Origin: Deltaproteobacteria bacterium
Lineage (GTDB): Bacteria > Myxococcota_A > Polyangia > Fen-1088
Length of the DNA stretch: 64,000 bases
Assembly (NCBI GenBank): GCA_033763315.1
Contig: JANRKS010000017.1
Location: forward strand, 32,001 to 96,000
Direction of reading: 5' to 3'
Part shown: positions 10,304-18,735 of the stretch, one piece after another
Layout: every line of letters starts with the position of its first letter
Position numbering within the stretch: the stretch's first letter is position 1
Notes under the pieces: model-generated
Seen by the model: the letters and a program-made list of their open reading frames with translations, nothing else
Databases searched by the model: none
Told to the model about the DNA's origin: nothing
Translations under genes and position numbers: made by a program

Positions 10304-10570
10304 TTATACGTCGTCGTTGGGGCGGACGAAGCGCTGACGGCGTTTGACCCAAGCCGCCGCCGCGGCCAGCCCCGCAGCGCCCCCCAACCCCGGTGCCAGG
10401 ATCTGCATGGCCTGGGGACGTAAATACGCATCGGGGTTGACGCCTGGCCGGTGCCTCCGCACGAAGTCAGCTTCCACGGCCACAAAGGTGGCCACGCAGG
10501 TCACCAGGCTGGCGCTGGCGAGCCACCGCCCAAGGCGCGGGTGCTGTGGGAAAGACAGGGCGGCGTTCAT
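10304..10570 (-). CDS. Small hypothetical membrane protein
   Basis: 88-aa ORF with two hydrophobic segments filling the intergenic gap; TATAAC 7 nt upstream of the ATG. Confidence 0.45.
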   Translation of the reverse strand: MNAALSFPQHPRLGRWLASASLVTCVATFVAVEADFVRRHRPGVNPDAYLRPQAMQILAPGLGGAAGLAAAAAWVKRRQRFVRPNDDV

Positions 10571-10659
10571 CGCCCGCGTTATAGACGGTTTGCGCGGGCG
10601 CTGCCACCGCAACGAAACGCTTTAATGCAGCGCGCGTGAGTTTTGTTTCAGAAAGCGAC

Positions 10660-10753
10660 TGTAATCGATATCTCGGCCGGCTAAGCCTTTAGCTGGTGGT
10701 TGACGGCGGGCGTCCCGTTCGATACTCCTAAGCTGTCTTTGAAAACGATTACG
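10660..10753 (+). promoter_or_regulatory. Two LacI-type operator candidates flanking a promoter
   Basis: TGTAATCGATATCT (10660-10673) and TGAAAACGATTACG (10740-10753) surround TTGACG (10700) and GATACT (10721; short spacer). Confidence 0.55.
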
Positions 10754-10766
10754 GAAAGGTTCTCCC

Positions 10767-12101
10767 ATGTCCCATCTTCTCGGCCGACGTCACTTTTTGC
10801 AGAGTTCCGCCCTGGCCACCTCCGCGGGCGCGACCCTTTTGTCCTCAGCGAAAAGTTATGCGCGCGTCCTGGGCGCAAACGACCGGGTGCGGGTGGGTGT
10901 GGTGGGATTCGCGGACCGGGCCAAGCAAAGCCTTATCCCTGCGTTCTCGGAACACGCCAAATCTTTGAACATGGAGTTTGCGGCCGTCTCCGACATTTGG
11001 TCCGTGCGCCGTGACGAGGCGAAGGCGCACTTTCAGGGCAAGTACAACCAGGCGATCGAAACCACCCGCAACAACGACGAGCTTTATGAGCGCAAGGACA
11101 TCGACGCGGTCATCATCGCCACGGCGGACTTTCAACACGCCATGCACTGTGTGGAAGCCGTCAAAGCTGGCCGCGATGTGTACGTTGAAAAGCCCTTGGC
11201 CAACAAGCTCAAGGACGCAAAGGCCGTTTTAACCACGGTCGAAAAATCGAAGCAGATTGTGCAAGTGGGCACGCAACGCCGCAGCGGCACCAATTACCAA
11301 GCGGCCAACGAATACATTCGTTCCGGAAAATTTGGCGACATCGTTGCCGTCGAAATGACCTGGAATGTGAACCAACCCGGGCGCTGGCGACGCCCCGAAC
11401 TGGTGGCGAAGCTCAAAGAAAGTGACACCGACTGGAAGCGCTTCTTGATGCACATGCCGCACGAGAAATTCGATGCGCGCAAGCACTTGGAATATCGGTT
11501 GTTCTGGCCCTATTCCAGCGGCATTCCTTGCCAGTGGATGGTTCACCAGATCGACACCGTTCACTGGTTCAGCGGTCTGTCTCATCCGCGCAGCGTGGTT
11601 GCCAACGGTGGCATCTATATGTGGCACGATGGCCGCAAGAACTTCGACACCGTGACGGCTGTGTTCGATTACGGCCCCGCTGATGATATGAGCAAGGGCT
11701 TCCAAGTCACCTATTCGTCTCGTCAAACCAACGAGGCGGGTGGGACGAAAGAGGTCTATTACTCGAACGGTGGCACGCTGGATCTCGATAAAAATACGGT
11801 GTCCTCCGAAGGTGGGCTCACCGAGCAAAACGCGAGGCCCATGGGAATGAAACCCTTTGCGGTGCCGGCGATGAAGTTGCCCGACATGAAGGTTGCCGCA
11901 GGTGCAAATACAGGCGCCGATCCGCTAACCAGCGCGCATATGCGCAACTGGATGGAATGTGTACGTTCTCGTCAGCAACCGAACGCCCCGGTGCGCGCCG
12001 GATACAACCACGCGCTTGCCGTGATCATGGTTAAGGCCGCTTTGGACACAGGCAAACGAATAACTTTTGACGATCGCGGTCAAGAGCTACGCGTTGGTTG
12101 A
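10767..12101 (+). CDS. Tat-exported Gfo/Idh/MocA family oxidoreductase
   Basis: GRRHFLQ twin-arginine signal, NDRVRVGVVG, DAVIIAT..H, VYVEKP, VQVGTQRRS. Confidence 0.92.
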   Translation: MSHLLGRRHFLQSSALATSAGATLLSSAKSYARVLGANDRVRVGVVGFADRAKQSLIPAFSEHAKSLNMEFAAVSDIWSVRRDEAKAHFQGKYNQAIETTRNNDELYERKDIDAVIIATADFQHAMHCVEAVKAGRDVYVEKPLANKLKDAKAVLTTVEKSKQIVQVGTQRRSGTNYQAANEYIRSGKFGDIVAVEMTWNVNQPGRWRRPELVAKLKESDTDWKRFLMHMPHEKFDARKHLEYRLFWPYSSGIPCQWMVHQIDTVHWFSGLSHPRSVVANGGIYMWHDGRKNFDTVTAVFDYGPADDMSKGFQVTYSSRQTNEAGGTKEVYYSNGGTLDLDKNTVSSEGGLTEQNARPMGMKPFAVPAMKLPDMKVAAGANTGADPLTSAHMRNWMECVRSRQQPNAPVRAGYNHALAVIMVKAALDTGKRITFDDRGQELRVG

Positions 12102-12125
12102 ACAGCAAAACGCACAAGCGCTGCG

Positions 12126-12956
12126 CTAGGTGGCGCTTGTGCTCTGGCCCGCTAAGTTAACAAAGCCGCGCAACCAAATCATGTTCACGGCGTGGCACGC
12201 GGGTAGGGGCGCCATGGTGCTGGTTTCCAACGTGGCCACGAACGGCGTGCCGCGGCGCCAGAACAAATCAGTGATCGAGCCGTCGTGAAGTTCGATGAGG
12301 CCTTCGTGATCACTCCACAAGCCATCATCCACTTCTTCGTTGGTTGCCACGGGCAGAACCTCGTGGGCGGTCGCAAGCAACGGTCGATAGGCCTGGCGAT
12401 CACCAAATACGTACGCGTAACAAGCTTGCCGCGCGAGCCAGGGATCCTGGTGAATGTCCAACATCGCCTGTGGCGTGGGCTCAATCGCCAAGTGTTTCGC
12501 CATCAGCCGCGTCTCATTCGGGCCTTCAGCAAACGGGCGCCACGTCTCGAACGTTTGCCCCGGCTTGAGGCTGTCCACCCACGGCGCGTCAGCGCCCTGA
12601 TTGCCACTGCCCTCCTGCGTGCGATAGCGAACAAAATCGTTGTTGGGGCTGGCGCCGCTGACGTTGTAGCGCGTGCGAATGTCGAACCCTGACGGATTGA
12701 TACAGGGGTAAACCGAAAGCCCCACGTTTCGTTCGCGCGCGTACGCCACAAGCTCGGGCAGGTGATGCAGCAACGTCAGGGGCCCTGCCACTTCGTCACC
12801 ATGAAAACCCGCGGTCACCAGCAACCGTCGTTCACCGGGCGTTGAAGCTTTGAGCAGCGCGAACGTACGCCCCCCTTCTTGGAGCTCATCCACTGTCTCC
12901 ACCCGGGCGAGCTTGGCGTGTTTGCGGAACGCCTTATCGAAGTGATCCCAGGTCAT
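12126..12956 (-). CDS. M14-like zinc carboxypeptidase / succinylglutamate desuccinylase-aspartoacylase family
   Basis: AGFHGDE (HxxE), PCINPSG..RTRYN, LDIHQD, TLET. Confidence 0.8.
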   Translation of the reverse strand: MTWDHFDKAFRKHAKLARVETVDELQEGGRTFALLKASTPGERRLLVTAGFHGDEVAGPLTLLHHLPELVAYARERNVGLSVYPCINPSGFDIRTRYNVSGASPNNDFVRYRTQEGSGNQGADAPWVDSLKPGQTFETWRPFAEGPNETRLMAKHLAIEPTPQAMLDIHQDPWLARQACYAYVFGDRQAYRPLLATAHEVLPVATNEEVDDGLWSDHEGLIELHDGSITDLFWRRGTPFVATLETSTMAPLPACHAVNMIWLRGFVNLAGQSTSAT

Positions 12957-13068
12957 CTGTTAAGGATGGCCCAGCCGCCTCGCGCTGTCGAAACAATGCA
13001 GCCATAACCCAGGCTGTCGTGGCGATTCGCTGCTGGCTATTCGATTAGGTGTTCGCTAAATTGACCCG

Positions 13069-14502
13069 GTGAAGCCGTTTTTGGACCAGGATTTTCTGCT
13101 CGAATCACCCAGTGCGCAGTGGCTTTACCACGAGGTGGCAAGCAAGGCGCCGATCATCGATTACCACTGCCACTTGTCGCCTGAACAGGTGGCCAGCAAC
13201 CACCAGTTCCGCAATCTCTACGAGATTTGGCTTGCGGGCGACCACTACAAATGGCGAGCCATGCGCTCGGCGGGAATGCCCGAAAGGTTCTGCACCGGCG
13301 ACGCCACCGATTGGGAAAAGTTCATGGCTTGGGCGCAAACGGTGCCGCAGACTTTGCGCAACCCGCTTTATCACTGGACGCACTTAGAACTTCGAGATCC
13401 ATTCGGCATCGAAGGCAAATTGCTTTCGCCCGCCACGGCAAATGAAATCTGGACCGCCTGCAATGAGAAGTTGGCCACGCCAGCCTTTCGTGCGCACGGC
13501 CTGATGGCACACTTCGATGTTCAAGTCGTATGCACCACCGACGATCCCACGGACTCGTTGCAGTGGCACCTCGAACACGCGAAGAACCCCAACGCAGCCA
13601 CGCGGCTCTATCCCACGTGGCGTCCTGATCGCGTTTTGTTGATCGATCAGCCGCAGGTGTGGAACGACTGGGTCGACAAACTTTCGGCGGTCGTTGAGGT
13701 TGCCATCGAAACGCTTGATGACCTACGGCAAGCGCTCAAGCGGCGGCACGACTTTTTCCACGCCACGGGTTGCCGTCTTTCGGATCATGGCTTGGAAACC
13801 GCCTACGCTGAACCTTACACCGAAGAAGACCTGGAATTGATCTTCACGAACGCGCGTCAGGGGCGGACCGTGTCCAGCGCTGATGTGGCGCAGTTCCGCT
13901 CGGCTCTGCTTTACGAGATGGCGGTGTGGGATCACGAACGCGGTTGGGTGCAGCAGTTCCACTTCGGGGCCATGAGGAACAACAACAGCCGCGCGTTTGC
14001 GGCGTTGGGCCCCGACACCGGTTTTGATTCGATGGGGGATTGGCCCATCGCGCGGCCTTTGTCATTGTTTTTGGACCGCTTGGACGCAACCAACCAACTT
14101 GCGAAAACCATCCTTTACAACCACAACCCGCGCGACAACGATCTGTTCGCCACGCTGATCGGCAACTTCCAAGATGGCTCCGTTGCAGGGAAGATTCAGT
14201 TCGGGGCGGCGTGGTGGTTTTTGGATCAACGCCTGGGCATCGAAGCGCAGCTTGATTCGCTCTCAAGCATGGGCTTGTTGTCGCGCTTTGTGGGCATGCT
14301 GACGGACTCGCGCAGCTTCCTCTCGTATTCTCGTCACGAATACTTCCGTCGCCTTCTGTGCAACAGGATTGGCGACGAAGTGGAACGTGGGTTGTTGCCC
14401 AACGATCGCGGTTTGCTGACGGAGCTCATTCGCGGCGTTTGCTTCACGAACGCTCGCGATTATTTCGGGCTTGCGCTAGGACAAGGGCGTGGCGCCACGT
14501 AA
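13069..14502 (+). CDS. uxaC: Glucuronate isomerase
   Basis: PIIDYHCHL, GDHYKWRAMR, GPDTGFDS, WWFLDQ, GMLTDSRSFLSY.RHEYFRR. Confidence 0.97.
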   Translation: MKPFLDQDFLLESPSAQWLYHEVASKAPIIDYHCHLSPEQVASNHQFRNLYEIWLAGDHYKWRAMRSAGMPERFCTGDATDWEKFMAWAQTVPQTLRNPLYHWTHLELRDPFGIEGKLLSPATANEIWTACNEKLATPAFRAHGLMAHFDVQVVCTTDDPTDSLQWHLEHAKNPNAATRLYPTWRPDRVLLIDQPQVWNDWVDKLSAVVEVAIETLDDLRQALKRRHDFFHATGCRLSDHGLETAYAEPYTEEDLELIFTNARQGRTVSSADVAQFRSALLYEMAVWDHERGWVQQFHFGAMRNNNSRAFAALGPDTGFDSMGDWPIARPLSLFLDRLDATNQLAKTILYNHNPRDNDLFATLIGNFQDGSVAGKIQFGAAWWFLDQRLGIEAQLDSLSSMGLLSRFVGMLTDSRSFLSYSRHEYFRRLLCNRIGDEVERGLLPNDRGLLTELIRGVCFTNARDYFGLALGQGRGAT

Positions 14503-15010
14503 AGCACTGCCTGCAAAGAAGCCGTCCCGCAAACTCACGCACGCCGACGCCGCGGGAAAGGCGAAAATGGTCAGCGTTGGTGAAAAGCCCGAAACGCTTC
14601 GTGTGGCGATTGCCGTTGCGGTTGTGCGGATGTCGGCCGCAACCTTGGCGTTGATTCAAAGCAACACAGCGGCCAAGGGTGATGTGCTGGCCGTGGCGCG
14701 CGTGGCGGCGTTGGCCGGGCTTAAGCGCACCTCCGAGTTGATTCCCCTATGCCACCCTGTTCGAGTGGTGGGCAGCGACGTGGATCTCGTGGCCGATGCC
14801 GCTGTGCCGGGCGTGCGCATTAGATGCCGCGTCGAAGCTTTCGATCGCACGGGCGTCGAAATGGAAGCCATGATGGGCGCGAGCGTGGCTGCCCTCACGG
14901 TTTACGACATGGTCAAGGGTGTTGAACGCGGCGTCACCATCGAAGCGCTGGGCCTGCAAGCCAAGTCGGGCGGACGCAGCGGCGAATGGCGTCGCCCCGC
15001 CGCCCGCTAA
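14489..15010 (+). CDS. moaC: Cyclic pyranopterin monophosphate synthase
   Basis: LTH.D..G.AKMV, KGDVL, LIPLCHP, TGVEMEA, YDM.K, KSGG.SG. Confidence 0.96.
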   Translation: MAPRKALPAKKPSRKLTHADAAGKAKMVSVGEKPETLRVAIAVAVVRMSAATLALIQSNTAAKGDVLAVARVAALAGLKRTSELIPLCHPVRVVGSDVDLVADAAVPGVRIRCRVEAFDRTGVEMEAMMGASVAALTVYDMVKGVERGVTIEALGLQAKSGGRSGEWRRPAAR

Positions 15011-15079
15011 TCTCACGCCGCCTAGCCCGCAGTGCTGGCGTCGGCCCGGCAAATGGGGAATATTACGCCCACCTTCCCC

Positions 15080-16042
15080 ATGTCTTCCGAACACGCAAAA
15101 GTTGTTATCATCGGCTCTGGACCAGCGGGCTTCACCGCCGCGATCTACGCCTCTCGTTCAAACCTCGCCCCCGTCATGTTTGAGGGCGGTGGTGGCTATG
15201 TTGAACCGCTTACGGTGCCAGGTGGTCAGTTGATGATCACGACCGAGGTCGAGAATTTCCCAGGCTTTCCCGAAGGCGTGGAAGGCCCGCACCTCATGGA
15301 GCTGCTCCGCAAACAGGCGATCCGCTTTGGCACGGACGTGCGCACCGCGGATGTCACCGCTGTGGATTTCTCGCAGCGTCCGTTCAAGGTCACCTCCGGC
15401 GAAGACACGGTGTTGGCCGAATCCGTCATCATCGCCACGGGGGCATCGGCTAAGTGGCTCAACATTCCCTCCGAGAAGAAGTTCCAGAACCACGGTGTCA
15501 GCGCTTGCGCCACCTGCGACGGCGCCTTCTTCAAGGAAAAAGAGCTGATCGTGGTGGGCGGTGGCGACACGGCCATGGAAGAAGCCACGTTCTTAACCCG
15601 CTACGCATCGAAGGTGATGTTGGTTCATCGCCGAGGTGATTTCCGCGCGTCGAAGATCATGGTGGAACGCGCCCGCAAACATCCGAAGATTGAATTCCTC
15701 ACTCCATATGTGGTGGAAGACATTCTGGGCGAGTTGCCACGCCCAGGCGTGACCGGCGTGCGTTTGAAGAATGTTGAAGATGGCACCACACGTGATGTTG
15801 CGTGCGGCGGCCTCTTCGTGGCGATTGGCCACCGGCCCAATTCGGATCTGTTCGCCAACGTGCTGGATATGGACGAAGCTGGTTACCTTAAGGTCACCCC
15901 AGGCACAACCCGCACGAAGATCCCAGGGGTGTTTGCATGCGGTGACGTGGCGGACAAAGTCTATCGCCAAGCGATCACAGCCGCGGGCACGGGCTGCATG
16001 GCGGCGATCGACGCCGAGCGTTTCCTGGCTGAACATGAATAA
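15080..16042 (+). CDS. trxB: Thioredoxin-disulfide reductase
   Basis: IIGSGPAG, CATCDG redox motif, VGGGDTAMEEA, YRQAITAAGTGC. Confidence 0.97.
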   Translation: MSSEHAKVVIIGSGPAGFTAAIYASRSNLAPVMFEGGGGYVEPLTVPGGQLMITTEVENFPGFPEGVEGPHLMELLRKQAIRFGTDVRTADVTAVDFSQRPFKVTSGEDTVLAESVIIATGASAKWLNIPSEKKFQNHGVSACATCDGAFFKEKELIVVGGGDTAMEEATFLTRYASKVMLVHRRGDFRASKIMVERARKHPKIEFLTPYVVEDILGELPRPGVTGVRLKNVEDGTTRDVACGGLFVAIGHRPNSDLFANVLDMDEAGYLKVTPGTTRTKIPGVFACGDVADKVYRQAITAAGTGCMAAIDAERFLAEHE

Positions 16043-16050
16043 GGACGCCG

Positions 16051-16710
16051 GTGCCTAAACGCAGCAAGGATGATGCGAAAGAGACCCCGCCCGTCGTTCC
16101 CACGGCGGGTGCGGAAGCATTGCTGGGTGAAGACGACTTTGACGACTTGAACGACGCTCTGTCGGAAGCGCCTGAGCCGGCCGCGGCCACGCCGCCACCC
16201 CCGCCGAAAGCGCCTGCGGTGCCGCCCGCACCTCGGCTTGGCAACCCGGAAGATCGTGTGGGGCACCTTTCCCGGGTCAACATGTTTGCGGGTCTGACGC
16301 CGCTTTACCTCAAGCGCATCGCCGCGCTTTGCGACGAGGAAGTTCACGCCCAGGGCGCCTTCCTGTTCAAAGAGGGCGAAGCCGGCGACAAGCTCTACAT
16401 CATCATCGAAGGGGCGGTTCGCATCAGCCGCCACATTTCCGGCATGGGCGAAGAAGCCTTGGCCGTGTTGCGGGCCGGGGACTATTTCGGTGAGATGGCA
16501 CTCATCGATACCTTTCCGCGATCGGCGGATGCCTGTGCCCACGAGCCGTGCCGCGTGCTGGTGATCGACAAGCAGAAGTTGGAAGACCTTTTGTTTGTTG
16601 ATCGCGATTTGGCGTACGACCTGCTTTGGAACTTCGTTCGCACCCTTTCTGGCCGTTTGCGTCAGACTAACGACAAAATGACGTTCCTCGCGGTCACGAA
16701 TAAGTTCTAG
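16051..16710 (+). CDS. Cyclic nucleotide-binding domain protein without an HTH
   Basis: LFKEGEAGDKLYIIIEGAV...FGEMALID..PRSADA; acidic and Pro-rich N-terminus. Confidence 0.88.
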   Translation: MPKRSKDDAKETPPVVPTAGAEALLGEDDFDDLNDALSEAPEPAAATPPPPPKAPAVPPAPRLGNPEDRVGHLSRVNMFAGLTPLYLKRIAALCDEEVHAQGAFLFKEGEAGDKLYIIIEGAVRISRHISGMGEEALAVLRAGDYFGEMALIDTFPRSADACAHEPCRVLVIDKQKLEDLLFVDRDLAYDLLWNFVRTLSGRLRQTNDKMTFLAVTNKF

Positions 16711-16775
16711 GCGACCAAACTCCTCAGCTTCTCGTTTCTGGGGCGGGCGGAGGCCCTCCGGCCATCCACATCCCC

Positions 16776-17105
16776 TTGATTTGCCCGCTCCCGCGTGTTA
16801 CCTGGCTGCCGGCCATCGACACTGATTCAAAACTTCTGTGGCGACAGGCCGGCCAAACCGGCGCTGTCGGTTTGGAAATAGCGATCGCCATCGCGATCGG
16901 CTACTTCGGAGGCCGCTACCTAGACGGAAAACTGCACACCACCCCTTGGCTCACATGGATCGGATTCGGCGCGGGTATTGGCGCCGCCATCAAAGCTTTG
17001 GTGCGGGTCACCCGCCAGTACATGCGGCAACAAGCGCAAGATGACAACGCAGCCCCTTTAAACCAGAACGAAACGCATGACCCCCCAACTGATCAACCGC
17101 ATTGA
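16776..17105 (+). CDS. AtpZ/AtpI (gene 1) family F0 accessory protein; true start probably downstream of 16810
   Basis: G..IGYFGGRYLDGKLHTTPW...G..G motif; first gene of the atp cluster. Confidence 0.85.
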   Translation: MICPLPRVTWLPAIDTDSKLLWRQAGQTGAVGLEIAIAIAIGYFGGRYLDGKLHTTPWLTWIGFGAGIGAAIKALVRVTRQYMRQQAQDDNAAPLNQNETHDPPTDQPH

Positions 17106-17478
17106 ACGCACCAACGTGGTGCTGGGCATCGCCATTACGGCGGTGTGCGGGATCGTGTGGAAGGTGCCCGGCATGACCGCCGCCGGCTTGGGCGCTTTGC
17201 TGGGGGGCTTGAACTTTTGGGCGTTGCATCGCCTTGGTGCTGGCGTGTTTCGGCGGGCCATGGCGGGCGAGGGTGCGGCGCAGGCTGGCTTTCTCGTGAT
17301 GCTTCTCATGGCGAAGATGGGCGTCTTGTTTGGTTGCGTTTACCTCGCCATTTTCGTGTTTGGTTTGCTTGCGGTGCCATTTTCGCTAGGCATCTCAGCG
17401 TTCGTTCTATCTATTTTGGGCGCGGCGTTGTTTGCTGCGCCGTCGCTTATGGCCGAGGAGGCCGAGTCGCATGGGTAA
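17077..17478 (+). CDS. atpI: ATP synthase protein I
   Basis: Four TM segments, GALLGGLNF.AL motif, directly before atpB. Confidence 0.8.
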   Translation: MTPQLINRIERTNVVLGIAITAVCGIVWKVPGMTAAGLGALLGGLNFWALHRLGAGVFRRAMAGEGAAQAGFLVMLLMAKMGVLFGCVYLAIFVFGLLAVPFSLGISAFVLSILGAALFAAPSLMAEEAESHG

Positions 17479-18241
17479 CCACAGCACCTGGTTCGATTTC
17501 TTTCCAGGCTATGAAACGCTGAAGCACAACCTTCAGATTTTCATGGGCCGCGAATGGACATGGCAAATCTTTCAAGCCACCCATTTCGAGATCACCCACG
17601 TGTTGGGCGGTCTGCTGGTGGTGGTGCTGGCGTGCTTCTTTGGTCTGCGTTATTTGGCATCTGTTAAAAGCGCCACCGACGGTGGCTTGGTGCCGCCTGC
17701 GAAGTTCGGCATCCGCGCGCTCATGGAGGGCCTGGCCGATGTGGTTTACGGCTTGATGGAAAGCGCGATGGGGCCCAAAGAGGCGCCCAAGTTTCTGCCG
17801 CTCATCGGAACGCTGTTTGTCTTCATTCTGTTCTGCAACCTGCTCGCCCTCATTCCCGGCTTTTTGCCACCCACGGACACGCTGAAGACGAACTTGGCCA
17901 TCGCCGGCCTGGTGTTCGTGATGACACACATCTACGGCCTCAAGGCCCACGGCATTGCTTACTTGAAGCACTTCATGGGCCCCGTTTGGTGGCTGGCCTG
18001 GTTGATGCTGCCGATTGAAATTGTGAGCCACGTGGCCCGCCCTGTGTCGCTGTCGATGCGCCTTTTGGGCAACATCACCGCCGACCACAAAGTGGGCGCG
18101 GTCTTCTTTGGCCTGATTCCACTTTTGGTTCCCGTACCGTTCTTGGTCATGGGCGTATTCGTGTCGTTCGTGCAGGCCGTGGTTTTTTCACTGCTTTCCA
18201 CGATCTACATCTCCACGGCCGTCGCCCACGAAGAGCACTAA
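17471..18241 (+). CDS. atpB: F0 ATP synthase subunit a
   Basis: NLLALIPG..PPT, RPVSLSMRLLGN (essential Arg), VQAVVFSLLS.IYI. Confidence 0.96.
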   Translation: MGNHSTWFDFFPGYETLKHNLQIFMGREWTWQIFQATHFEITHVLGGLLVVVLACFFGLRYLASVKSATDGGLVPPAKFGIRALMEGLADVVYGLMESAMGPKEAPKFLPLIGTLFVFILFCNLLALIPGFLPPTDTLKTNLAIAGLVFVMTHIYGLKAHGIAYLKHFMGPVWWLAWLMLPIEIVSHVARPVSLSMRLLGNITADHKVGAVFFGLIPLLVPVPFLVMGVFVSFVQAVVFSLLSTIYISTAVAHEEH

Positions 18242-18354
18242 GAGTCGCAAATTCGCGCCTTGCCTGTTGCCTTTTTCCCTTTCTCCCATTAAACAGCCCC
18301 CCGAAATCACAAGTTTTGTCGCATAGCTCGCAAATCCCTCAGGAGGAGTCGCCG

Positions 18355-18678
18355 ATGTCCCGCATGAATAAGCTTTTGGTCCCTGTTGCCACCTTCGTGG
18401 TCGCGCTGCTTTCCAGCACCGCTGCTTTCGCTCAAGACGGCTCGGGTGACAGCTCCCGCGGCTGGTTGGGCATCGCCGCCGCATTGGCCATCGGCCTCGC
18501 CGCTTTCGGTGGCGCTCTTGGTCAGGGCCGCGCCGCTGCGTCGGCTCTCGACGGCATTGCCCGCAACCCACAAGCGTCGGGCAAGATCTTCGTTCCGATG
18601 ATCGTTGGTTTGGCTTTGATCGAGTCGTTGGTTATCTACGGCTTGCTGATCGCCTTCAACCTCGCCGGCAAGATCTAA
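18355..18678 (+). CDS. atpE: F0 ATP synthase subunit c with N-terminal extension
   Basis: AGGAGGAG RBS; GGALGQG, ARNP, LALIESLVIY. Confidence 0.96.
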   Translation: MSRMNKLLVPVATFVVALLSSTAAFAQDGSGDSSRGWLGIAAALAIGLAAFGGALGQGRAAASALDGIARNPQASGKIFVPMIVGLALIESLVIYGLLIAFNLAGKI

Positions 18679-18702
18679 CACCGTCGCGAACGCGAAAGAA
18701 TC

Positions 18703-18735
18703 GGGCGCTTCCCATCCGGGTGGCGCCCTTTTTTT
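18703..18735 (+). terminator. Intrinsic terminator after atpE, between convergent genes
   Basis: GGGCGC...GCGCCC stem followed by 7 T. Confidence 0.85.
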
